This document shows positions 39,230-50,700 of a stretch of DNA of 64,000 bases, piece by piece. The DNA comes from Phoronis australis (taxonomy: Eukaryota; Animalia; Phoronida), in NCBI GenBank assembly GCA_002633005.1, contig NMRA01000049.1, forward strand, positions 912,011 to 976,010, given 5' to 3'. The notes under the pieces are model-generated. The model worked only from the letters and a program-made list of their open reading frames with translations. It ran no database searches and was not told where the DNA came from. Position 1 is the first letter of the stretch. Each line of letters starts with the position of its first letter. Both the position numbers and the translations under genes were made by a program.

Positions 39230-39540
39230 ACCTCCTCAGCGAGCTGGGGCTCTAGGCCGTAACGTCTCAGTCTGCTGTTCACGGCCGTGACAGCAAGTTT
39301 CATCATTGGACAAAAGATGGCGATAACAACTTCCGTTCTGATTGTGGTGTCGCTCTTTGAATTCGGCAGTGAGAAGTGTTTGAAAAATCACGTTATATCT
39401 GCTCGACAGATGAAAGAATAATTACATTTTGGTAGCTTACAGATACACCAATCCCACCACATTACAGTAATGGGTGAGGTGAACCTGATCCACCGATAAA
39501 TTGGTAAGTTGGGTCCATGGATACCATGTAAACAATCGAG
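39230..39540 (+). promoter_or_regulatory. Candidate promoter / non-coding first exon of the MFI-like gene
   Basis: ATTGG, AAGATGGCG (YY1-like) and ACTTCCG (ETS-like) cluster at 39305-39335; strong donor tg|gtaagt at 39503/39504 with stops in all three frames just upstream. Confidence 0.4.
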
Positions 39541-40468
39541 AGCAGTCATTTCAGATTTAGTAAAAGTAAAAACTCGGCGCAAGCCAAGGCAAAGGCAAAG
39601 CACAGCTTACGACTCGTAGATTTAGTCAGCCCACAGGTACTCGGTATATTAGTCTATTTTCAAACGTAGCATGCCAGCTATATGTGTGTGACTCAACGTT
39701 ACAACTATAGCTAGGGATCAATAATGTGGCAAAGCCATTTATAAAAAAGCACTTAGTCATTTACTGACTTAGTCAAGGCATCTCCACCCTTTTGCTGTAG
39801 GATTATACCATTGCATAGGCGGTTTTAGGGGGGGNAAAAATAAAACGGCAAGAGGGTAGGGAAATGTTGAGTTTATTAATTAACCCCGGTAATTAAAATT
39901 ATATGGCTGAAACAGGATTTAAATGTGTGCAATTTTAGTGTTTGGGGGGGCTCAGATCCAATTTTAAGAGTCATATACGGAACACGGCACATTCATAACG
40001 GAACTATGTTGGCTAAGTATAGGCTCTCCCGTGATATCTCAGGCGACCGGCTGCGGCGCTGGGCACTACGACTCCGTTTCCGTCGTCTGCTCCACTGTGC
40101 AATGAAGAAAATTACTTCATTTTTTAAAGAAAATGGAATCTGAGTGATGGTGAAAAAACAGAAGCTGCTGGTAAGATGTCAATTTTAATCGAAGCCTTAG
40201 TGAATCACTCAGAAACTCGTAATTCTCTCTTTGTCAAACCTTAACTTAAAAGACAATTTCCAAAGCAATCGCGTCATTATTGCCAACACAAAAAACGGAT
40301 TTGGTCTTTTGGGCAATTGAAGACTATTTTAAATACAACAAATTTGTTTCGAACTGATTGCAAAAATATAAAACATGTAATAAGCATTACAAAAAGGAGG
40401 TTTCACGCGCAAATACTGTGGACCATAAATAAGTAGGTCTCTAACTGAAGTATCAAATTAGGAGTTAA

Positions 40469-40535
40469 ATCATGGTGGTGCAGCGGTAAAGCACACGCGC
40501 TATGTCCTCTAGGTCGTGAGTTCGAGTCTGTGGTA
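40469..40535 (+). pseudogene. tRNA-derived fragment (degenerate; a similar relic is on the minus strand at ~8022-8080)
   Basis: A box TGGTGCAGCGG, D-stem gtgc/gcac, B box GAGTTCGAGTC; anticodon and T stems do not pair. Confidence 0.5.
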
Positions 40536-40908
40536 CTTGCAGGTTTTCCTGGCTGCACAAATTCGTTTTTGTTTTGCCTTTTTTCTTGAATACTTCGGGA
40601 ATCAAGGAAAATGCTTAATTTTTTGAAGACAAAACAGAAAAATTTCCTGGGCAGGATCGGGGCAAACCCCCCTCCTGACCTCCCCCCATTTGGTACTATG
40701 CGCATCTACAATCGTGCTTTGAGCAAATGTTTACAGACAAAATGTTGCCCCCCCCCCTTGTGATATCCTAGATCTGCCACTGCATTGCTAGGGTCACTTT
40801 GAAGGGTGTCAATATCTGGGCCTCATTCAAGCCAGCTCTCAAGCGCCGCTGCATGATTTATAGGCATCGGGATTTTTTTTACATTTTCCAAGATGTCTCC
40901 CTTGCAGG

Positions 40909-41471
40909 TTGACAGTGACCACCATCCTATGTCTATGTGCTCCTATAGGTGCTTCATACGCCGGAAGCTTTTTGGCGAATTGGCTTGCACTGATTAAAAC
41001 ATCAAAGTCAAATTGTTATAAATACCTTTTGCTCACAAAGGGACTCCTTAGGAGGCTGTTGATGTATGTAATTCCTTCCAATTCGAACAAATACTTTTTC
41101 TTCAAGCAGTCCCTTGTTTAGTTCCCAATATCGGTAACTCGCCATTTTTAACACTGCGTGCCAGGGGATATGATGTCATACCACCTGGCACGCGCAGTTT
41201 GAAAAATGGTGAGTTACCGATAAATTCGGAACTGAACGAGGGACTGCTTGAAGAAAAAGTTAAAATGGGAGTAATTGTTCGATTTGGAAGGAATAAAATA
41301 CATCGACGGCCTCCTAAGTGTCCCTCTATGCTCAAAAGGTATTTACAACAATGTAGCATTGATGTTTTGGTGAAGTGCAAGGCATAATTCACCCAAAATC
41401 TTTCGGCGTATGAAGCACCTATAGGAGCTTCACAGTCCTGTGGAGTCAGTAGAAACTGTGGTCACCGTCTA
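40909..41471. mobile_element. Foldback MITE family C, copy 1 (AcademH-type termini)
   Basis: Almost wholly palindromic about ~41172; ends TTGACAGTGACCAC...GTGGTCACCGTCTA; flanks ccttgcagg / ctttgcaag (degenerate 9-bp TSD). Confidence 0.8.
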
Positions 41472-41610
41472 CTTTGCAAGATGAACCGTTATTAACTTTG
41501 AAACATGAATGTATGATTAACATTTATATAAACTCATAATTACTCAGATCTTGATTTTTTCAGTGCAGTGGGCTCATGAGAATACTTCTTAATGTGAGGT
41601 TGGAGACACA

Positions 41611-41704
41611 ATGATACGTGCACACACAAGCTCCAGTGACCCTCTCCAGATAAGAGGACAGCAGAGCCAATTGTTGACAGACATTGCTCCTCTTGAGCAA
41701 ATAG
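41611..41704 (+). CDS. C11orf65: MFI-like coding exon 1 (MIRAHTSSSDPLQIRGQQSQLLTDIAPLEQI)
   Basis: Acceptor tttttcag at ~41563, in-frame TAA at 41590 upstream of ATG 41611, donor ag|gtatac, phase 1 fits the next exon. No homology support. Confidence 0.55.
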
Positions 41705-44700
41705 GTATACCAAGTTACTCTTTTTTCTGTGGGGTTCATGTTTTCCATGAGATCTTGTAATTACAACCCAAAAAATGCTAAAGGGCAAAGCCTTATCTAG
41801 TTTTGTTGTATAGATTTCTTAAGTTTTCAAGTGTGTTATTTTTGTACTGCAGTAAGATATCTCACTAATTTTGGACAAATATAATGTTAAAATGGATTTT
41901 TTGTTCATTTTTCAAAAGGCTTCATAACATAATTCTCAAAACTTTGTAAGAGCTTGCCTTACTACAGTACAGAACTTAAAAACTAGGAAATATTTGTCAT
42001 GAAAAGGATGAAGAGAAATAAAATTCCATTTATTGTGTTGTAGATTGGCAAGATTTTAGGTAATAGTCAGTTATAACGTGCTTGCATTTTGTGAACCAGT
42101 TTTCTCCACTGAATAACAGGCATCAAACTGGTTCTCAAAATATGGGCACATTATATCCGATTTTACTATCGTTTTCAAGTCAATTGACAAGATCCAAGAT
42201 ACAGAGTTTAGACCTGTTGAAAATTATGGATTGTCATTAAAAGCTGGTTTGTGACCTCCTGTAAGGCTTTCTCTTTGAACATTAAGGATTTTGAATACAA
42301 TTGTTCTAACATTCGCTTTTATAAGTAGCTAAGCCTTTATAGGACTAATATTATTTCTCTCAGTTGGGTTTCTTGTAGGGTCCCTGTATATTTATGAATG
42401 CCTTGTTACTGTATAGGTCTACGCTGCCCACTTGTTAAACATTACCTGATGTTTTCTTTCAGTTGCCAGTAAATCCAGGGAACTTGCAGGTGGTTCGGTC
42501 TTTGCCAGAAAGGTATAGTAATCTGACTTTCCAAGTTGCCTTCAAAGTCAATCTAAGCAGTTCTGGAAGCATTTTGTTTTGGTGAATTTTCTTCTAATGT
42601 TGTCAATGTCAGTTTAATCATCGGTATAAAAAAACTATGTCTGCCTGCACACATGAAAACGAATTCACATAGAAATTGAAAACTGTAGAAGAAATGGTAT
42701 TCCCTGAAGTGAGAGGATTTGTAGCATTTGTAATACAGGAGAGATTGGGACAAAAACACATTTCATGTTATGACATTGTCCAGTACTAGCAGGTTTAAGG
42801 AATAGGGTCGTACCATGTATTGCAACGATATCAGGTCTCTTTTGAACTTGAGTGCAGTAAACCTCCCATTCCATAAAACCACATGTTTCAAAATACTAGT
42901 TTGCTAATTTCTTGTTCATTTGCCTCTCATGTTACCTCTTTCAGCGACACATCACTGATAATCCAAAGTCAAAAGAAGCTCGTCTTAGTGCTGTTATTGA
43001 AATCCAAAGATGTTGGCGAGGTTACAGCTGGAGGTCTGTATCATTCATCAGTCGTTCATCAGTACTTACCCTTGGGGGCTTTGTACTCACTCATTTCACC
43101 TCGTTTGGGCATTGCAAAAAAAAACTTTTGAAATTTGTATGTCACACCACAGTTCTCAGGGAAGAATTGCTCAGCTCACCTTTATAAATTTTATTTTACA
43201 TTATGAGCCTAGACTTTATATCTGAATTAAGCCATTTTGCTAGTGTATGGGAGTAAAGATCCCAAACATACTTGCCTTTCACGCACGTCATTTTGCATCT
43301 TGGGCGGTCTCTTTTTGCAAGGAACTTGCACTGTGGTGACGCAGCCCTGATGAGCACAACATAACTTGGCGAACAAAACAATACACTGACTAACAGCACA
43401 AATGTTACTACTTGGTAGTCATCAGTTGTAAAGAACTTATTCATTGTCACTTTGTCAAGGAGAAACTATCAGTGTACGCGTTTTTTCTTAGACCTTGCAA
43501 ACAAGTAACAATCTTGCAGCATGTGATGTAATTTACATGGCGAAGAATGATGTTAGTGGTGTGTTTTGCAGGAAAAAGAATTCCGTGATTTTAGCACCTG
43601 AACCATGGCCTGACAAACCTTCAGTTAAGGTATGATACTTAATATAAGGGTGTAGTGATTGTTTGGTGCGTTTTCCGTAGTGCGTAGGTAGTTGTGCGTA
43701 ACAATGGCAGGAATACTTTTAAACATCCCGTTTTGTGTAACAAGAATTAATTGCATTACTTCATTTTTATGCGCTCACATATGTGGGTGCATGTTGCGGT
43801 CATTGCCGTCTTGGTGTCTGGCTTCTCCTGCTGTACATCCTGAACCTGTCATAGGATCTTCACCGATTTGGTTGATTTGTTCTATGTATGATTTTCAGAT
43901 CACTTTGACTACTGCAGACTATGCCTTCTAGTGGTAATCTTAGTTTTATTCGTTTACCTCTGTCTTGTCGGAGTTCTTTGATGGAATTGGCAAACAGGTT
44001 TTTATTAAAGAGGTGATGACACCTTTCAATTTTCGAACGGTCTTGAGGATTCTGCGCCACATAGTGGCCATCATGTAAATTTTTGAATCCATTTTTGGCA
44101 TCTGCTGCTTTATCTGTCAAACCACTTAAAGATCATTTAAAAATTTCCTGATCAGAAGACCATCCCGGGCGTTGGTTTTTGGACGGGTCTGACAACTATG
44201 GCAGCCCCTGGTGGTGATTTTGTCTTTTTTGCATCTTCAGCTGTATCTTTTTACTTCTTTGAAGGATCTTTGTGACATTTTGTAAGTGTTATCCTATAAA
44301 TGTAACTATGGCTACCCACGACTTTTGAACGGTTTTGAGTACTGCTGTACCCCCTAGTGGCAGTTAAAGCTGTTACGTTAAACTCTGCATCATCAGAGTG
44401 CTTTGACGGTTTTTAATGAAATTTGACAAACAAGTGTTTGTTATGATGGTGATGGCAGCATTCTATTTTAGTATGCATTTGACGTATTCTGTGCCATCCA
44501 ATGGCCATTTTTATTATTTTTAATTGATCTAGCTCTGTATTTGCCAAATTGCTTGGAGGTTCATTATGCAAATTGAGAGATGTATTCCTAATGACAAGAG
44601 CAGGAATAGTGTGGATTTTCAGATGAGTCCAATAACTCTGGTACATCTGCGGCTGTATCTCCTAAATCCCCGTGCAATATCTTTATTGGAAGTTAGGCAG

Positions 44701-47700
44701 GTGTATTCCTATTATAGATAACTTAATAAAAGATGGACTGGTTGGACTATCATTTTGCCTCCTAATGGCAAATGTTTTCATGTTCTCTGTAATCCGTGAC
44801 TGATTTTCATAAAATTAAGCAAATAACTTTCTATTAGGGAGAGGACGTCGCCTTTTCATTTTGGGCCGCAATTGGCGTGTTTCACACCATCTTATGGTCA
44901 TTTTTACAAAAACATCCCTAAGAGTACACCGTTTGCATTGTAGATGTGGTTGCACTTCAGCGCTCCAGATTGCTGTTGCTTATGAATGCTCCTATACATC
45001 ACTGTGTTAAGAAATTTCATTTTGTTTTCTCAGAAGTTGCATATGAAACATTTTGATATGGTCATGTCTGTAATTGTTGCAGGCTATGGTAATATGATAC
45101 TAACTGATTCCTTTAAATTTAAAAAAATACTTTCTTTGGTTTCCAGTCACTAGGTAGACTCCACTTGGAGCGACAATTTTTTGATTACTTATTGGAGCAA
45201 AAAGATCTTCATACACCTGATGATGAAGTGATGAACTTGCGAGAGTTCTCGTCTGCCCTCGTTGCTGGCTACATGCAGCCCCTATCAAGAGTGAATGTAC
45301 AAAAGTCAAGGAAGTCATCAGTACTTAACAAACGGAACGCTGCAGTTGTCATTCAGAGAGCCTGGAGAAAGCATATTGTGAGTAAGGTGGCGGCACCACT
45401 TGATGTTCAGGATCACGTGTTTAGAGCTGACCAATATTTCTGAGATATATTCTGGCAGACTTAAGCCCTTTATGTTACTCCCATGATCCACATCCATTTT
45501 TAACTGACGTCATCAACAGAAAAGTGATTGTCTGCAATCAGCTCTCTGTCCATCGAGAATTGGATACAGGAACCTTTGCAATCATAGTCAAATACTCTGC
45601 TGATGAGCTGAATCACAATATTTCAAGTATGTATTTTTATGGTAAGGTCAGGTGCCTTGCACATGACTTGCCAGTTGATGATCACGGGTCGTACAGAGTT
45701 GTTCGAGGCGGGCTCGATGCGGGTGGTAGGTTGCTGATTAGCTGTAAACGCAAACTGTAACAGTCATAGTTTGTTTATTTGCTGTTGAAACAAATTATGT
45801 TATGTTCCGGGTTAGAGTAACTGTTTCACATTGCTTTGGAAGTGAATTGAACTCTTTTCAAAACCATGCAAAGCAAGTTAAGGTATCTTCCTCAAAATAA
45901 ATACCAATTGTCCTCACTATTTACATTACATGACAAAAGTAATCAACCAAACTTATGCTTCCCCATCGTGGTGACTAAGCCGACTTTTCAAACAACAAAA
46001 ATTATTGGTAATGACCCTTGTGGCAGCAGAATTCTATTTAAAGAATGGCTTCGTGTCCTTGGTTACTTTCTTCCCAATTCCTCTCATTTTTGCTTACGAG
46101 AGACGTATATTTCGTCGATGAATACGGTAACTACTTCTGCATATAGACATCAAGATGGGGAATCGTAGATCAGTTTGTCTGAAAACTTTTGGAGTGGATA
46201 ATTGAAAAAAGAATGGCATCCATGTTAGTTCTGTGGAATTAATGCCTCCTAACCTTTCATAGCTAAAGACTGCTTAGTGTACTGTCTTTACTTTGTTTCT
46301 AGGACACGCAGGTGTTTAAATACTACAAGGAACTGATTAACTTTAAAAGTCGTGGGGATCCTTCGTTAATGCTGAGGTGCATCAATCCTGCCGAGGCCAA
46401 GATGTTGGACGCTGCCTCAGGGATCCACCTCCGGTTCAGACTAGCAGGTGTAAGTTTATATTAGCATGGATTGTTAAAGGCAGATGTAAGTGGATCAGGA
46501 GATTGAGCATCCTCTTGTTGTCCATGGCCAAAAACTGTGGCACTGTGTTTTTAGTATTATCGCAAATGTCTGTTCTTCGGATTTTGTACTTGCACTCCTT
46601 CATGATATCCTGGGATGAATTTGTTTTATCAGAGCTTGAACTGCGAGATTGTCTTGTGTCATTGCTTTGAGTAACTCATTCTACTTACATGTAATCATCT
46701 AGTATTCTTGGTTTCCATTGTTTAAAATGGCATGTGCCCAGAGTAGAACCTGGGGCCTGTTTCACTGAAATACCATAAATGTACGCTGTCTTACACAGTC
46801 TCAATGGAGACATGTGATCAATCATAAATTTTGTTGTAAGGCACATTTACACTCTTTATAAATAACATTGAAAAAGTTACAACACTTTTAATTAGTGAAA
46901 CAGTGACAATCTCTATGCCTAACTAAAGTGGTTCATTACATAACTTGGTGTGTGCTGTGGACCTAGGAACTACTGTTGATTAGTAAGCTTGTAGCCCATT
47001 TCGCACATGCCATAGTGCCTTCAAAGTATGATTTATTCTGTAAATTGTTGTTCCCTTTCAGGACAAGTTTCCCCCAAATATCTACTACAAAATATTCACC
47101 CATCGACCTGTTCAAGATTTGTGTGCCAACAGTCCAAAAGACTACACAATGTTTGGAGTCAAAAGGAAAATGGCTAAAGATGTACACAACAAAACAAAGC
47201 GAGTACCTGTTGACAGTACGTCATGGTAGATTGTTTGGAATTGCTTTTCTGCAAATCAGTCACTGCGGAAGCAATCTTGTTTCTGGGTGGTGTTTACTTT
47301 TTCCAGTGAATTTTTTATTGGAAATTGAACTGCTTTACAGTGTTCTTCAATGATCACAAGATGTCAGTTGCCTAACACCGTGGGTGTTGACTCACTGATT
47401 GCTTATCCTTGCTATAATTCCTTCTTTTAATCTTGATTCATTAAGCACTGCTGCACATTTCACAACTGGCAGCTATAAATGTTTCCTTTGCGTTGGAATA
47501 ACGATAGCCTCTTACAACAGTGGCTTGACTTTGATGACGCACTTCTTTTGTTTTGGCCTTGGGGAACAAAGATGGTTGGCAGCGATAACTGCTGCCTGTT
47601 CGCAGCAATTTTCTCAACCATTTTAGACAGTGCACTCTATAAGAACTAAATCTTTTTCACTTCTTGAAAAGAGAAATACCGCACATTACGTGTCCCAACC

Positions 47701-50700
47701 TGTGTTGTGCAACCTGCCTGAGCAACAAATTGGCTGGCTGTACACCATAATGGCAACGAATTCCTAATTTCTGATTACTTTTAAGACTACCTTAAATGAA
47801 AGTGCATGCTAATTTGGCTCTTAAACCATCACCCTTATCAATTCGCAGAGTTCATAATAAATGGTTAGGCTTTAGTGACCCACTTGCAGTCGCTGCAGGA
47901 AGTCAGATAGCTGCGTGTGGGGATTGCAACTTCACTCATTTAGACTCTATTTGGCCTAAGTGATCAACAAGTTGAATTATTTTACTCAGAAACAATGTAC
48001 AGAATACTAATTAAACCATCGCTGCGTTGGCTAAAAACTATTTCTGGTCTCCTCGTTAGTTGGCTCCAACTGCCACATTGAGCCGATCTGGGTTGTCTGA
48101 ATAGCTGATCCATTTTAAGCAGTTTAGAAGCAGAGTGGATGTACTATTGTTTTGCCCCTTCAGCTATTGGCCATTTTAATTGCCTTTGTAGTTTTTTTCC
48201 ATCCATATTCCTGCCAAAAGTAGAGTTCAAATACACTGTACAGATGGTGTTTGAATATTTGATTGATTTTAGTCAAGTTCCTTGTGTAGCTTAATGATCC
48301 TTGAGGCCACTGAAGAATACAGAAACAACAAGAATTAACAAATTAAAATTTGTTCACAGAAGGCTAGTGTTGAGTACTCCATTGTTGGTCGTGGATGTCA
48401 TGAGCTGCTGACCACCTTTTCCTATCATTATCGTACTTTGGGAGATTCCTGTTCTAATTAGTCTATTATTGACTCAGTATGCAGCTTTGATTGAGCTATG
48501 GTCTTGTTCATTTAAACCAATTTGAAAGAGGTTATGTCATAAGGCCATGTCCTTAAAATGTTTTTGTTTCCCCTAACATTACCGTCTCATCTAAGCTGGG
48601 TTGGGTTTTGAAAAAAATCTTATGTCGGATTGCAAATCATGTTAGAGGTTTTGAGATTGAGATGCACTCGCAGTCTGTTCTTTTCTGGGAGGGAAAATTT
48701 TCATTTTATTTCATACTTCATGCAAAACGAATTGCTAAACTTGTCTCTTTATCCTTTTTATCCTTCTTCCCCACAAATACGCATATTTTATGACTTGTTG
48801 CTCAGTACAAAAATCTACAATTATATAGCTAACTTTACATGTCAATGCTTAACTCACTACAGCAGTGAATAACACCGCAAGGCTTAGTGTTTATTTATAC
48901 AGGTTTATTTAACACTGCAACATGTATCATTACGTACTTCCTGTGTTTCTAGCAAAAGAGGGATGGTACAAGAGGATAGAGAACAATGGTTGGCGCATGG
49001 TGTCTGACCGTCTCATCATGAATGCTATGAATGATCCACTGACGTACGAAAGTTCAAAGAAAACTGTGGATTTCCATCATAATAGGGTAGGTAGAATTTA
49101 GGGCTCTTTAGACAGTGATGGAATGAGGCACTTGATAGACCTTCTGTTATGAGCATGCTTAACATTGCAGTAAGACGTTTTGACTAGACTCTTCACATGC
49201 TAGTCTACCTTATCATTTCTTTAATTGTTTCACACCTTGGAAAATACTTCATAAGCGGTGATCAGGTGTCCAATGGAACCATGCCAATCCCCGAGCAACT
49301 GTACAATCTCATCTTTAGGCCTCCTCAAGGTCAAAACACTGAAGGGTCTTTTGACCAAGTGGTCTGTAGACTCAGTACATGCATGGTGGACTATAGGTTT
49401 GAAGGGCTTGTGATCCAGCAGTATAGTTCAATAAGTCAAACTTTGCTGAAGAATGTTTGTGAACTAGCGTGGTAGACCAGTAATTTGAAGGGACTATAGT
49501 TTAAATGGAACAGGGAAGAGTATTGGGGTTTAGGATTTTAACTTGTGAGATGCAGACTTTGATACTTTGGAAATTCACAGGTCAACAATTTCATCTTATG
49601 TACTTAAAATTTGATATTTGGGTTGGAGTTCAGTAGTTCCTGGAGTGTTTTTTTCAAATTTTCTTTGGTTTCCTGATTGAAATTTTGCTTAATAATATGG
49701 TAATTTCTCTAGATTACGACCGTAATTTAGCAATACCAGAACCTGGGTTTACGATTTTGTGGTGTTCATAAAAAAATTAATGCACTTGTTTTGATTTGAA
49801 AAGCAAGCAACGTTTCAAGTGTTTGCATGTTGTAAACATCCCGTTAAACGATATAAGAATTGATTTGGAGAAATCTTTGAATTTCTCTAAATTAATATCA
49901 TGTGGGTAACCTGACCATTCATCCGCATTTTCTTCTCACTAGGAGGCTTGTCACATAGTGTTTCGTACCCTCCATCATGGCTTCGTACCCTCCATCATGG
50001 CTTCGTACCCTCCATCATGGCTTCGTACCCTCCATCATGGTTGCTGAATGCAAATTAAAGAACTCTGTCAGTGTCAAGGAAACTAAACTGGCCGCTTATT
50101 CCAGTGTGCACTTTTAGGCTCTTGGAACAATAGAACATCATTGCAACATTTTATTATGTAACTTCTTTCTATTGCTTGTTTTAAATCAGTGATAATGTTG
50201 CGTTTCCTTTGACTGGTTCCCTTTTTAACGTATTTCAGTTACAAAGAAAAGAGGAGGTGCGAAAAAAGAAGAAACAAAAGAAAATAGAGTGGATGAAGAA
50301 AATGTATGTTGACACTGAGATTATTTTAATGGATGCTCATTTATCTGTGCATGATGCGCCACGGTACTCCGAGTATACTTAATGATGTGGCGTGGTACTC
50401 TGAGTATACTTAGTCATGTGCCATGGTACTGTGAGTATACTTAGTCATGTGCCATGGTACTCTGAGTATACTTAGTCATGTGCCATGGTACTGTGAGTAT
50501 ACTTAATCATGTGCTGCGGTACTCCGAGTATGCTAATGATGTGCCATGGTACTCCAAATATTTTAATGATGCACCATTGTGCTCTAATTTCTGTGGTTTC
50601 AAGGGTTTCCTAAAATGAGCAAGTACTAAACAAAGTACAGGGTTATATACGAAGTATGATAGTTTATCTCTGTCAGCATATTTTGGCTTATCTACAAAAG

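Noticed and set aside
40147-40170. ATG-containing mini-exon with donor gtaaga as first coding exon
   Set aside because: Phase 0 puts the downstream exons out of the IQ-motif frame and hits a stop; it also appears to lie within repeat-derived sequence.
40469-40535. Functional tRNA gene
   Set aside because: Anticodon and T stems do not pair; kept only as a tRNA-derived relic.
46976-47353. 125-aa plus-strand ORF (also 46377-46670)
   Set aside because: Wrong frame over real MFI exons; the conserved peptides are in other frames.
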